The notes: a model not told the origin generated them from the letters alone. 64,000 nt of DNA from Vicugna vicugna (GCA_013265495.1 MU058687.1:4710093-4774092), one strand, 5' to 3'. Shown: positions 1-13,131, counted from the stretch's first letter. Numbers and translations: made by a program.

Positions 1-13
1 CCTCAAAAGTTGT

Positions 14-82
14 CCTTGACTAGGTGAGTGGTAGGACACGTCGTGCGCCCTTGACTAGGTGAGTGATAGGACACGTCGTGCG
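14..82. repeat. 35-bp-period tandem duplication (2 copies, 1 mismatch)
   Basis: ccttgactaggtgagtggtaggacacgtcgtgcg at 14-47 and ccttgactaggtgagtgataggacacgtcgtgcg at 49-82; only difference g31/a66. Confidence 0.97.
22..29 (+). other. Candidate 5' splice donor (AG|GTGAGT), second copy at 57-64
   Basis: Consensus donor sequence; upstream 1-23 is open only in the frame PQKLSLT(R/S); any exon would lie mostly outside the window. Confidence 0.35.
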
Positions 83-714
83 GGCACTTTTATAGAGAAA
101 GCCCGGTGTCAATCAGAAGCAGTTAAACCCTTGGGCTAAATACCTCTTCTAATATGCAGTCCTGCTTTTCTTGTTCTCAATCCAAACTGGACGTCCCATG
201 ATATGCCTACTTCCCTTTTGCTAATGTGGTCACCCTCGGTGTCTTTATTACCAATTTCCTTCATCTGATGAGCGAAGATTTATTTTTTATTTTTTATTTT
301 CTTGGCTCACCCCAAAGAGTGAGTGGCTGGGCCAAGGTTCTGAGAAAATGTCGATGACTCTGGCACGCTGGACACGTGCGATTTGCTGTCTCCCGACATT
401 CACCGTGATGCTGGCCATGGTGCAGGGAGAGCGACCCTGAGGTCTGACCACATCCAAAACCAGTCATCAGGGATGACCACCACCTGATACCTCCTGATTA
501 GAACTGAGTGTCAGCCAAGAGACTGGGTCCTCTGTCATTGGCTTTCTTGTTCAGCTGTCAGAGCATCATCACTGGATACACAGAAGAAAACGTGAATTGT
601 AAAAGTAAAGACAGTGCAGACAGAAGGGCTAGATACAGAGGAGTGTTCCAATAGCACTCTACACGGAACCTGGTTATTATGGTGTGCTCTCAGTATATAT
701 TTACATATCAATTT

Positions 715-851
715 CCTCTTTAATCTGTGAAATTCAGCAAAGTAGGGGCCGTGTCTGATTCATCCTTATTCCCAGTACCTAGCACAGGTTAATGTATGCA
801 GTAAGCATTTAGCAATTATTATTCATTCATTTTGTTCACTGAATGAATAAT
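715..851 (+). mobile_element. L2 LINE 3' end fragment
   Basis: ttcccagtacctagcacag...gtaagcattt...tgaatgaat resembles the L2 3' terminus. Confidence 0.65.
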
Positions 852-2312
852 GATTAAAATTAAGGTTTGCATCTGTTGATTATTGGAGCCTAATTCTTTT
901 TGAATGCACCGACATCATGAAATACTAGCTGAATGGAAGAGTAAACAAATGGATGAAGGAATAACCCCGATAGGCCAAGCTTAAATCACTTCTCAGGCTT
1001 CATTGTTGTTATATGTGTTCTTTGGTTTTGGACTTGATTGCAAGGACCAATGAAGTAATTCACAAGGTGTATTACTTTTCTGCTTGGTTCTTTGTAGGTT
1101 AAAGGTGACTTTTTTCTCCCCATTTTCTCTGTTTTTCAGCTACTGGCTATTTAACTGCAGGTCTCCTAACAAAATGTACCTACTTCTTTCAGAAGTTTCA
1201 GAAATGCTAGAATGTTTCCAGGACAAAAATCTTCACCTCTTTGAGAGCAATTTCTTTTATTAAAATCATTCGTAAGCTGAGTGCACTTTAGTATCTAGAA
1301 TGATTTTGGTGACTTCTTTGGCATAAGGCAATCATTGTGTGTTGGTGTTTTCTGATGAGTGAAGAATGAGAGAAGCTAGAGTGTGCAGGAGTGTGAGCCT
1401 TCGGCCTAAGGTGCATTCGGGAACATTTCTATGGCAGGTGGGTATTGAGACTTTTGTAAGGTCTGGGCTCCTGGGGTTCTGCCCGTGTTTGGCTGACAGC
1501 CGCCTCCTCAATAATGTGGCAGGTGCATGGCGCAGGGTCTGCCTTCTTTCTGCAAGTGGACAACCTTGCCTGGATCTAAAAGGCCTCTCCCGTGGTGCTG
1601 GAATGCCTCTGACAGCATTTCAAAGTTTCTGATGGCAGGACTAGAGCTTTGTGGGAGAACACTGTCGTTCTTTAAAATGTCACCGATATCACCTCTGACC
1701 ATAACCATTTTTATCCCATTGTTAAAGGGAATAGATGCAGAATTCATGGAATCGAGAGCCTCATGTGATGAGGCAAGTTGGGGAGAGGTTAACTGGCTGT
1801 CTGGTCACTCCCCCTCCCAATCCCCCACTTCATTCTATTTCTCCTTTCCATAAAATGTGGTCTAGTTTCTGCCAATAAAAACCTTTAATTTTTTATGCTG
1901 ATCTTCTCTTCTTTTCCACATCTGATTCTTATTCCTCCTGGCCAAGTGGAAACACAGTATCTACAGAGTGAATTCTCTGGGTATAAGGCAGGTATATAGG
2001 TGGGAATCCTACAAAGCTAAAAAGAAAAAAAGATGCCCTTCAGGATTCTGAATGTGCTCTGACATAGGACCTGCTACGCACTTTAGATTCTGTTCAACAG
2101 TGTTATTCCAGCAAAGAGAAGGCTGAGCTCATCTGCGGGCATCGTGAGGGAAATACTGCTGCACTGGGTTGGAGTCAAGGGACCTGGTGTTACGTGTAAT
2201 GTTACCAGTGTAATATGTGATCATGTGATGTCCGTCATGGCAACTTCTTTAGGCTGCTGTTTGCTTTTTGAATTTGATTTGGGTGGTGCCGGTACTGAAT
2301 TCTGAACTACGT

Positions 2313-2616
2313 CACTGTTTCCAAAGTGTCCTCCAAGGCTCTGCTAGTTGTTAGGTATTTCAAGGAAAAAAAAATGTTTCCTATTGGAATCAATTTGAAA
2401 ACGTTCTGGGTAAACAAAGTGAAATGATTCTTGTGTGTTTTCTTTTCTTTTTTTTAACAGTAAGACCCTCGAGAAATCTTAGTCTGATAATGTGCTCTGT
2501 GTATTTCCAAAGGGGGGCTATGTAGTATTGTGCAAACTTATTTGAACGTGGAATGCCTTTGGGACATAATATCTCTGAAAGGGCCAGCGCTCTTTGAAAG
2601 ACTTTGTGAAACATTG
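2313..2616. mobile_element. MER103C-like hAT-Charlie MITE
   Basis: Degenerate TIRs cactgtttccaaagtgt...actttgtgaaacattg; internal ctgggtaaacaaag and caaacttatttga motifs of MER103C. Confidence 0.75.
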
Positions 2617-3289
2617 AACTCTTATGATCTCCTAAAGTTCTTAAATTCTGTTGTCACCAGGATAACTGGCACTTCCAACCTTCGCCCTTCATCTGTAGAG
2701 TGTTGACTGCAGCCTCTTACACTTTGTCTTTTATGCTTCTTTTTCTCTGAAGAAGATGGAACCTGGCTGCCCTCTCAGTATCCCTGAAAAATGGAAAGTT
2801 TTGGGTTTTTTTTTTTACCCTTCTTTTTACCCTGGAGTCTATGTATAATTCATCACCCTCAGTCAAAAGGAAATTCCTTACTTAAGTGCTCTGAAGTTTT
2901 TGTCCTGTCAGTTTTTGTAGGATAATTCCACAATATCCAGATCAACAAATAGTTACGAAAAAGCAGGCATAAAATGATCTTCTAGGGTTCTTACAGCATG
3001 TACTGCAATCAGCGAATGATGTATCATTATATGAAACATTAAGAAAATTGTAAAAGCATTAGATAGAAAATTGGCTACTGGTAAATTGTCCATGATAATT
3101 TTGGGTTCGCATTTCACTTCCATGTATAATACAACTTACAGTTTCACATTTTACCCTGGAGGAGCCCCTCTGGCTTATCATCTTAATAGGGTATTAATAA
3201 GCTTTTGTACCCTGAAGTAGCATTTAATAGACCTCTAATATTTATTTATTGCTCAATAATTGTATTGAGCAAAATTAGTGGACTGTCAT

Positions 3290-3475
3290 TTGGCTTCACT
3301 ACATTTTAAGTGGTGTGACCTCTCTGTGCCTCGTTTTCCTCCTCTCTATAACAGGATAGTAAAATCTCTCTCATTGAATTGTTACGAGAATTAAATGAGT
3401 GAATATAGGTAAATGACACAGAGCATCTCTGGTACATAGTAAGTCTTTATGAAATGCTAACTATTGTTATTATCA
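3290..3475 (+). mobile_element. MIR SINE
   Basis: Core ctctctgtgcctcgttttcctc...gagaattaaatgag and tail ggtacatagtaag...tattgttattat. Confidence 0.85.
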
Positions 3476-3479
3476 CACA

Positions 3480-3645
3480 TGGAATATCTTTGGAAAGATA
3501 TATGAGATACAGGTAGCAACGCTTCTGTAAAAAACTACAAAGGAACTGGGGAATCGGAAGACAGAGATGGGGGTAAACATTTTTTTTCCCTGCATATGCT
3601 TTTATACTGTTAAATATTTTAAAATCCTATGTGTATTTCACCTAA
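3480..3645 (+). mobile_element. Old L1 (L1ME-like) 3' UTR fragment
   Basis: tctttggaaagatat...ggaactgggga...tgcttttatactgtt...tatgtgtatttcacct pattern of L1ME 3' ends. Confidence 0.5.
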
Positions 3646-3674
3646 CCCCCCCAAAAAATAAAACAGGCATCAAT

Positions 3675-3810
3675 ACCTTCACTTTACAAGTGAGGAGATG
3701 AGGTTCTAACTTTATAATTGACTTTTCCTAGTCCGTATACATAAGAAGATAGTAAAGACAGAATTTGAATCAAACTCCAGATACAGTGCTCTTTCTAGTG
3801 TATCATGTTG
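3675..3810 (-). mobile_element. MIR SINE fragment
   Basis: cactttacaagtgaggagatgagg...gaatttgaatc...gtgctctttc. Confidence 0.7.
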
Positions 3811-4994
3811 AGAGAGACAGGGAAGAGGCGAGAGGTATGTATGTGTTGGGGGGATGAGTTTGGGTAGTATTGGCTATTTCTGAAAAATTTATTATAAAAT
3901 TAACTCTTTCCCTCAGTTATACAGATTTTGGCACCAGACTCATTTTTTTCATTTCTACTGGAGTAAACACCCATTCCTAGTTCTTCACTTTTAACTTGGG
4001 CGTCCGCAGACTAGGCAGCATGGGCATGCTGAGGTGAACCTGCTCAGGAAATACAAATAGGTCAGCACCGTGGAGCTTAGCATGTGTTTGCTTGGCATCC
4101 AACCCTCGTATGCCTTTTATTGGCTTTGAACACTAAGCCTCCCATTTTCATCTGTCCTCTTTTTAATGAAATGGACATGCAAATTTTCAAAACCCACTCA
4201 GCCTCTTCCCTCTCTTGGACAAAAGAAGTAATTGTACTTTGAATCCATCATGTGTCCCGAGGAGGCAAACCCAATATTTGTCTCCAAAAAGCCTTTCATT
4301 CATTCCTTTTCATGTAAGAAACAAAATTGGCAACTTTCTTCCCCCCATAGCTTGTGAATTCCAAGAACTGCCATATCTTTTCTTTTTATTTGTTCTGTAG
4401 CCAAAAACATAAAAGGGTCTGTATTGTTCAGCCGTGCAAGTCCACAACACACTCAGCTCCTCAGTCCTGGCTATAACAGGATTTTGAAAAGTTTATGCAA
4501 GGACTATCTGAGTAATAAATCACAGAGGAGAAGGAATGCTTCAACCAGTCACCCCTTAGCTACAGCCTGAATGATCTCCACGCTCGATCATCTCAGAATG
4601 AAGCTGCTTCCAATGCAGGCTTCATTTTATTACCCAATGTTACCCATCTAGATCAATTTAGCTTCTTATAGATTTGCTTCCTCTTAGTATTCATATCTTG
4701 CCTAGTCTTTTCATTAATATTATGATACTTGAATAGGCGTATTCCCCTTCCTTCCCTGTATAATATAACAGCTCTAAATTGGCATTTGGTGAATTCATCA
4801 TCATTGCTGTTCAAATTAGGTCAGTGTTTTTATTTCATTATGCTGGAAGTTCTCTTAGCTGCAAAATCAAGCTTGACGTCTTTTTACCTGAAGCAGTGCT
4901 TCTGGCAAATGTTCCTGAGAGATTTTTGCAAAACAGGAATTGCCAGACACTCTTCCTCCCCCACGCCTGGTTTCCCTTTGGTTTGGTTCATGTA

Positions 4995-5240
4995 ACCATT
5001 TAACACATTTTATTAAGTGGTAGTCAACAGGGATGTAGAGTAGGAAAAGATAACTCATCTGCCCTCAAGAGGCTTTCAGTCCACTGTGTGGTGTTGGGAC
5101 GGGGCGAGGGAAAAAGGGAGGAGGAGGCAGGCATTTGAGCAAAAACCACACTGTGCCGTGTGATACTGAGTTATGTCTAAGGTGTAGTGGGATCACGGGG
5201 AGAGGAGCCTCTCTGACATTTACTGAGGCTTGAGAGTGAA
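4995..5240 (-). mobile_element. L2 fragment
   Basis: catttaacacattttattaagtg...tctgccctcaagaggctttcagtc, antisense L2 3' region. Confidence 0.5.
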
Positions 5241-5544
5241 TTTTCTTAATCACGTATAAACTGAAGTTCAGCTCTTCCGTGCCTTTGGATCAAAGATTTA
5301 GCCCTGTCTTTTTGAATGGGAAGATAACAAGAGAAAAACAAGCTACGTTTGGTTTAAGAATGAGGAGCGACCTCCTCACCCCAGCAGAGATGGAGAGATA
5401 CTTGCATGTGGTTAGGGTGTTAATCTGGACTAAGAACCTTGCTTCTTGATGTGGTGCCACGTCTTTTAGACTATAGGCATTGTTTTCCTGGCTTCTTAAT
5501 TGTGAATTTATTTAGATTCTGAGAGCTTTTTAGTAATAGGTTTC

Positions 5545-5785
5545 AGAGAACCTTACACACTTGGATTTAAATTCTTGCCTAAACAAAATGTAATCTTTAG
5601 CAAATTATTTAATCTTTCTGAGTCCATTTTCTTATCTATAAAATGAGGCTGATAATAGTGTAACTTCAGAGAATTGTTAGGGTGGTTAAACAAAATAATA
5701 CACATAAAGCTCTTGGCACAGTATCTGGCATATGATAAACCCTCAATAGATCTTAACCTCTACTATCATTATTGTTACTATTACG
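5545..5785 (+). mobile_element. MIR SINE
   Basis: gcaaattatttaatctttctgagtccattttcttatctataaaatgagg...gcacagtatctggcatatgataa...ctcaata. Confidence 0.9.
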
Positions 5786-6444
5786 TGGTAAGCTTCTCTC
5801 ACTTTTTTCTAGAACATTCTCTTTCTCCATGCAGGTAGCTTAAGACTTTGGTTATGATACCTAGATTTTTTAAAGTAGTATCTGAATCAGCAACCTGTGT
5901 TTTTATTGTTTTGTTTTGTTTTGTTTACAGTGGCTCTTTTTAAAAATTATCTTTCATATTTTGCTACTACTGTTTGCAGATGATTTGTGGCTGTGTCTTG
6001 CCCTGTTGGGCCTCAGGGAGCTCTAGCCTGTGTGGGCCTTCCCCTGTTTTCCTTAGGAAACCAAGACAGTTCTCTTTGATGATTTCGTTGAGCCAGCCCC
6101 CCATGCTGCTTTGCAGTCCAGAAGGACAGAGCGTAACAGAGAGGCTTACAGCCCCAACCTCAGTGCTGGACCAGGATTCATTCTCCAGCCAGGAGATTCA
6201 ATTCATCACAGCCATCACCGTGTGAACCTCTCTCCTAGCCATGTTTCCATGGTCCTCAGACTCTTTAGAAGGAGAGGCAATTGATTTTTCTTTTGGAGTA
6301 TTCCATGTTGAGCAGTGTGGTATGAGATTATCAGTTACTGAGTGAAAAACTGAGTTACTTGCCATTACTTTCTCCATGAAGAAGCACTGATACAAGTAAG
6401 TCCATTGAAGCCAGCCTCAGAGACAGTCACAGGGACTGCGTGAA

Positions 6445-6590
6445 CGAGAACAGGCTATGGAGGAAGACCGGGGCATGAGCCTCAGCCGGCTGCCTCTCAG
6501 CTATGTCTTTGGCAAATCATCCAAGCCTTCCCTTCCTCATCCGTTAACTGGGAAAAAAACAGCAGTGACCTCCTGGAGGTGTTCTATAGT
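6445..6590 (+). mobile_element. MIR fragment
   Basis: agctatgtctttggcaaatca...ttcctcatccgttaactggga, degenerate core. Confidence 0.55.
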
Positions 6591-6899
6591 ATTTACTAAG
6601 TATTTACTCTTGAATAAAAGCAAAAAATTTATATAACTAAAAGGAGCATGTATGATAATGTAAAAGCTCACAATTACTGAGTCCTTACCATGTTTGAGGC
6701 CTCTACAATATATATGCAGAATTTATTTTTAATTATCCTTTATTTAAATGAGTAAGTATAATGGAGCAGGGTGGCCTACATTTGACAAAAAAAAATGATT
6801 AGGAAATTTTCATCTTATTCCATGGTGAGCTCTAGAACTGTCCCATCAGATACCCTCTTCAGATTCAGTAGGATTCATTCTGAGAGGAAGATTTTTCAA

Positions 6900-7130
6900 G
6901 TAAAAAGAATTCTGAGGCACGTTAATTGGATTCTTGTCCCAGCTCTGTCATTTGCGATCGGAGACTCTGGACAAGTCCTTTAGACCTTTTGGGCCTCCAT
7001 TTTCCTTATCTTTAAAATAAAGCTAATGTTTTCATACTGCTTCCAATCGGTATAGATCTGAGGCTCATATAATGTTTTTGAAAATACCCCCAAAAAACTA
7101 TAAAGCATTCTGCAAATAATGAAATATAGA
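6900..7130 (+). mobile_element. MIR SINE
   Basis: ttcttgtcccagctctgtca...ggacaagtc...gggcctccattttccttatctttaaaat. Confidence 0.8.
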
Positions 7131-8469
7131 AATGTGGCGTTAGTGTCTTCAGGGGATGCCACGAGTATCACAGAACCAGAATATGTGCTGTGTCCCAGCT
7201 TGGAGGAGATGGAGATAGTCTGACTGTCACCTCAAACAGAATGTCCAGCTTCCAAAATGTAGCTAGACTCTGATGTTACTTTCTTTTTCTTTTTTTGATA
7301 GGAGGGCACTAGGACTTGCCTCCAGAAAGAATTAACAGGGATTACACACAGATTCAGATCTTCCCCGTTACCCCATCAGTAACGTGTAATAATTTGCTTT
7401 GAAATCGCATTGGTTTCTATGAAGTGATTGCACATGCTGGACCCCTTTTCAAGCGAACATATCATAGTACATCTGTCTACCTCAGCATTCCAGTTTTAGG
7501 AAAAAGGTAGATGCTGGCTTTTTTTTTTTTCCCCGGAGGAAATGTTTAAAAACCTGTGTCCTTTATTTCCTTCTGGAGGAGCAGGGGGGTTTCTTCAATA
7601 CTCAGCAAGTAATCTCTTTATGGTCTAGGTAACGAAGAACCTGGCTGATCATTGTTATTCTAGGTAGTGTGAGAATAGCGGCTTGCTCGCACGACGCTGG
7701 CGTATCCAGATAGATGTAATTACAGCAGAGCAAATTACCGTAGTCTGAAACAGAACAACACGGAGAGCAAGGAACACAGATAAAGAAGGCTCTGCCCCAG
7801 AAGTGAAGAGGAGGGCAAGAAATCGAAGCAGAACACTCCAGTTACCACTTACAGGAAGAAACAGGGCAGCAAAAGGGAAGGTGTTTCATAGAAGCATCAG
7901 ATAAAGAGAAGTAGGAGATGGAATACACTCCTCTCTAAATAAAGGTTTTATGTGTGTAATGAATACAGTGAGGTTGACTGTCCTTGACAAAGTCTGTTAG
8001 CAAGAAGAACAAACGTCATGGACTATTCAGAGGAAAAGGATGCTGAAAAGCACATACTGATTAAAGCAAAAGTTAAAATTTGGAATATTTATTGTATAAA
8101 AGTCAGCAGACAACGTTGCCCTGCATACTGCGATCGTACTGGGATTTGTTAGGATACACATTGACTGAATTTTGCTATTTTTATATAATATTTATGTTGC
8201 TATTTTTGGATAATAATTATGACTAGGATAGAAATCAGAACTTTTGACTTAAAAAATCAGCTGATGGGATTAGTTATTTTAAATTATCATGATACAGTTT
8301 GGATAAGAATATTTTGTAAAAACCTATCGCGTATTAGGTAGATACCGTAATGCGTTTTCAAATTGTGCTGAAAGACATTGTGGCCTAATGTACTTACTCA
8401 GTTAAGATGGAAAGAGTACTCATGTCACTGAGGTTAATTCTGGGGTCAGAGGGGAGTTTAGATGATGAT

Positions 8470-8680
8470 GATAATAATAGTTAATATTCCAATTTCATGT
8501 ATTTCATCTGCCACCATAGTAAGAAATTTATGTGGAATATCTTTAATTTCTCACAACATAGAAAGTAGGCCCGCATTGATTACCTTAGCTTTTCAGATAT
8601 GGATATTGAAGTCCTGATAAATGAACTTGCTGCAAGTCGCAATGTAGTAAACCTAGAATATGGTTTTCACCTAGGCAGCC
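8470..8680 (-). mobile_element. MIR SINE (degenerate)
   Basis: ataataatagttaatatt...tctcacaac...ttttcagatatggatattgaag...aacttgc...aagtcgca. Confidence 0.65.
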
Positions 8681-8685
8681 TCAAG

Positions 8686-9160
8686 ATAATGTTTGTTGGA
8701 GGCCTATTATAACCAAACATTGAGATGGTATTTACATACATTAATCTCAGTGGTTCTTAACCCGGTTGCACATCAAACTCACCTGGAAGCATTTTAAAAC
8801 CCTGATCCCCACGACCCACACCTGGCTAATTAAATCGGAACCTCCAAGGCCAGGAGACAGGATTTGGCATCAGTGTTTCTTAAATATAAACGTCAGTATA
8901 TATAAATATAATATAAATAACAGTGTTTTTTAAAGCTTCCCAGGAGATTTCAACAGGCAGCCAGGTCTTTGAATCACTGTGCATTTAACATTCAATGCAA
9001 AATCTATACATTTGTATTATTCCTACCTTATTTATGAGGACTCGGAGAATCAGTGGTGATATGTGACTTGCTCCATCAAGGTCACTTACTTAGTAAATGG
9101 CTGGGCTGAGATGTAAATGCAGTGCTGTCTGGCTCAAGAGCCCACATTCTTCCCGATGCC
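8686..9160 (-). mobile_element. MIR SINE split by a MER5B insertion
   Basis: MIR tail at 8686-8747, resuming after 8979 with atgaggactcggag...gtgacttgc...aaggtcac...tagtaaatggc...tctggctcaagagccc. Confidence 0.75.
8748..8979. mobile_element. MER5B hAT-Charlie MITE with ~50-bp internal insertion
   Basis: TIRs cagtggttcttaaccc...tgaatcactg; internal tgcacatca..tcacctgg..ttttaaaa and aaagcttcccagg..gcagccagg. Confidence 0.85.
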
Positions 9161-9662
9161 TCAGTGTCTAGCCACTTTAACCGGGGCCATAAATCCTCCT
9201 GTTCGTGTTTATGTAGAATTTAACTTTCGTCTCCATCTCGTCTTGTAAGAGTCACCATTCAGTACACCCAGAAGGAGCCAGTTAACAGCATGTTTTGAAC
9301 AATCATTCTGGGTGGAGCCCTGGCTGTGGGAAAGCGCAGGGACAGCCACACACGTGCCCTCTGAGAGGTCGCTACCTTTCTGCAAGAATTCAAACCCTGG
9401 GCTTCAGCCCATAACCCAGGGAGTCCCATAAATCATTTGGGGGGATCTGTAATTTTCATCTGACTGTTAGCAGAGGATCGTGAATCTGAAAACCTAAGAA
9501 CGGCTGCCTTGCTTGGTGTATGAGGAATATGATTCCAGAAGGAGTGGCACTTTCTCTTGACTTATTTTCATGATGGCAAAGCAAGGCCCTTTCGCGGTGT
9601 TTTTGAGTTTGATGAACTGTCACAAATCATTTATAGGTAAGTCTAGGGAAAGCTGTTATATA

Positions 9663-9717
9663 TGTGTGTGTGGTATGTTTGTGTGTGTGTGTGTGTGTGT
9701 GTTTGTGTGTGTGTGTG
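9663..9717. repeat. Interrupted (TG)n microsatellite
   Basis: Directly visible. Confidence 0.95.
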
Positions 9718-10279
9718 CATATTTAATCAAATGCAGGATGTGAATATAAAACAAAACAAATTTCATTAGTGGTTCAGAAACTAGATCTGAACAAGGCTTT
9801 TCTTCTTCCCAGCAATAAAACATTGTTGAGAAAAATGACTGCACAAATTTGAAGAATTGTATTCGTTTGCACATACATAAATTCACACATGTATACATAC
9901 ATGCTACATTCATATTTACAATTTATATACACATACATACTACGTGTATGCACATGTATATACTAGCATATTTTAAAGAAAGTTACTTTTATTATTCCAC
10001 AGCAATTCCTCCAACATAATCCATTACTTTAAAATATATTAATAATTTTTACATTGATATCAACTTAAATGAGAAAAAGGTCTATAAAGGCATATATTAA
10101 TATATGGAACATAACAGATAATATTTATATAATTATAGATCCGTAGATTATTTTATTTTCTGATAGGCTTACGTATGAAATTACAAACATATCTGAAAGG
10201 TATGTACACACATTACTGAGTGAGATATATTTATAGATACAAGCATGTGCCTCATGGACTCTGAAATTCAGGTGGAATA

Positions 10280-10438
10280 AATGTCCTCATCCCTGGTTGA
10301 TTATCAGAGTCACAGAGCTTTTTAAAACCCTGAGTCCCACCAGCTCTGACTGTGACGCAGTAAGTCCAGAGTGACCCTGGCAGCAGTGTTTTTAGAAAGC
10401 TCCTTGAATGGTTGCGCTGCTTTGCCTGAGAACCACTT
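10280..10438. mobile_element. MER5B-like MITE
   Basis: atcagagtcac..gagctttttaaaa...gtgtttttagaaagctcc...tgagaaccact. Confidence 0.7.
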
Positions 10439-11109
10439 ACATGGCTTGTGCACAGGGAGAGATGATGAAGGAAGGAGTCCAGGCAACGGGTGTCTGAGTA
10501 AGTAAAGAGGAGGCCAGGAGGAGGCCTCCCAGAGATGTGCTTGTGTATGTTGGACCTGTTGATCCCCTACTGTGTTCAGTCTCTACTTGATTTTACACAA
10601 GCAAAATGAAAATAATAATAATTAATGTCAGAGGAAGGACTTTTTAAACTCTGTTTTGCAACTACAACATATCTGGCCTAATGGAGGAAACCTTGGAGAG
10701 AGAATAACTGTATTCACATGACTGTGTATTGGTCAATGCACTATTTATCACACTTCATTTTCCCACTGAAGAAAGAAAATCCACCTTGAAGGAAAGGGGT
10801 GGTGATCCATTTTCTGACCCCCTAGTATAATGCAAGGGAAGGAGACAGCTGGCCTCTTGGGGAGGGAGGTGTTAGGAAGGCCAGAGGCAGCTGTCTTAGA
10901 AATATCATAGAAAGGTGTTTAGGGATAGACCATAATTTAAAAGAAATGAATTTGAAGAGAGGACTTTTTCCTTCACTCTTAACTTTTTTCCTTCTCTTGC
11001 ATCGTTATTTAGCTAAATGGTATCTTGTGATTAAATATAAGCTCATGAAACTCCTCCCAAATGCCCTCCCAGCACCTGCATGGACCATTTCCTCCTTTAT
11101 ACCCTGAAC

Positions 11110-11260
11110 TGACTTCTCTCTACACTTATCTTGCATATGCTCCGTTGTCAGTACTGCTTGTAAACTGTGAGATAGTTAGTAACAACATATATTCACTTTT
11201 GTTGGTGCTCAATGAATGTTTGTTGATTGAATGAACACTTGAGTGAACAAATGAATGATA
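11110..11260 (+). mobile_element. L2 3' end
   Basis: taaactgtgag...ggtgctcaatgaatgtttgttgattgaatgaa. Confidence 0.7.
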
Positions 11261-13131
11261 ATGCTCAGCAGAGACCCTCTGACATCGGCACGTCTTCCTG
11301 TCAATGGGGCTTTCCTTTTCTGTTTCTCCCGAGCTTCATGATTTGGTATCTACGTCATAGATGATCTAGTGGAAGTTTGATAAACAAACTACAAGTTAAA
11401 AAGCAAAAGTCTTAACGTAGGTTTACTACCGGAGTATAATCATAAAGCAATGGCCTTCTGCAGTTTAGAGAAGGAGTAAGTCCTCAAACCCCAGAATCCA
11501 TGAAATTGGCATAAATGTGAGTGTGTCTTCCTAGCATGGAAGGAAGGGGCCAAGGGGAGAATGTGGGAAGAGGACGTGTGGTGACTTTGGCAATCTGTGA
11601 GTGATGAGGGCCCGGACTTTCATGTCTTCTAGGAAAGCACATTGACAATAAGCAGAAAATCCTTAGCTAGAATCCACCAGCTGACAGCTTGGCCAGGGAA
11701 ATTGTGAATTTACACTGAATCCAAATGAAGTGTGAAGACAGCGTCTCCAACATCTCCTGCTTAATGAGATTCTGTGCCTGGCTAGTAGGTCAGCAGTCTG
11801 ATTTACCAGTCGGATTTTAGTTTACAAATACAGTTTTGAATAAGGACCCTGGGCTCATATATGACACTTCCCTTTCCTCCTTTGCTCTAACTGCATCCAT
11901 CAGCTTTCATCATGGAGCCAAGCAGTGAAGTTAAATTGACAAGAAGCTGTGTCTTTCAGAGCACTCTGTGACCTGGACTCGTGCTGTTCCCTTCCCCTTT
12001 CCAATTTTTCATGAATGGATACAAGTGTAGTTTCTGCATAAGAAACCATGCCTCAAGCAGCGTTGTGTGTGCCTTCTGTACAATTGGCAGTGTCTTGTGA
12101 AATGTCCAAGGCCAGCCTACAAACTTGCCAGCCCTCGCTCTCTTTTTTTTTTTTTTCCCAAATCACCCACGTAGCACTAGGATCCTCTTAGAATCCCCTT
12201 TTGGGAAGTTGTTTGAAGATGTTTTAACTAAGGAGTGAATCTACAGAGGAGGAGATGAATGAATGGTTTTAAAAATGAAACCCTTTGAACTCGAACTGTG
12301 CTTTTTATTTAACAATCACTGATCCCCAGACAAAACAACTTATATATACTTCACATGTCTCAGTGAGGTAAGGAGATTGAAGATAGCCACTCACTTCTAC
12401 TAATGGAAAAGCAGAAACAAAGAGAAAGTGTAAAAATTTTTCAAGATCCCTTGAGGCATGGAAATCATGTTTCTAGCAAAACTCTAAGCTTTCTGCCTAT
12501 TCCCAATCTCTGACCATTTGAATAATGAAGTTCTGCTATTAAAGTAGAAGAGAAATGTGATGGAAGACTTCAAGCTGGTCCAGTCTTTGGACAGAAAAGC
12601 TGGGGTTTCAGCAATCCTCAGAGAAGGAAGTTTGACAAAGTTCCTTAGACCATGCCTCTGAAGAGCCCGTCCTCAGAATTCTAGATGCATTTGGCTCTTC
12701 CAATTCAGCAGAAGCAGTTATACCTTCACCTGTATCTCATGTTCTGGTAATTTCTCCATATTCAACTGTGCTGATCAAATGCAGGGTCTCTGCATCTCCC
12801 AGAGCTGATCTCATTAACTCGTCTCCTTTAAGCCCAAGCAAAATCGTTGACTCTTAGTTTAGATACCGATATGTCACCCTCATCGCACTCAGTCTCGTGG
12901 GATCTGAGCTCCCCAGTCCCCTCTGGAGCTCCCAAAGCCAGCTTGTTTTGCTGACGAAAGACACCTCATTGCTGACATTGGTTTCTCCACGCTTCCTCAG
13001 AGACAATCACATTGTTCATGAACCGTGCCTCGAGGTAGCCACCTTCTTCCTAGCTGGAAGTAAAAAAAAAAAAAAAAATTCAGTGTTGTAACATCTTTTA
13101 TGGAATGGATATGATGAAGTCAATATTCATT

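Noticed and set aside
1508..1747. ORF containing DIGDILKNDSVLP, loosely recalling a PPM1H segment
   Set aside because: Short resemblance with no flanking similarity or splice structure; most likely chance
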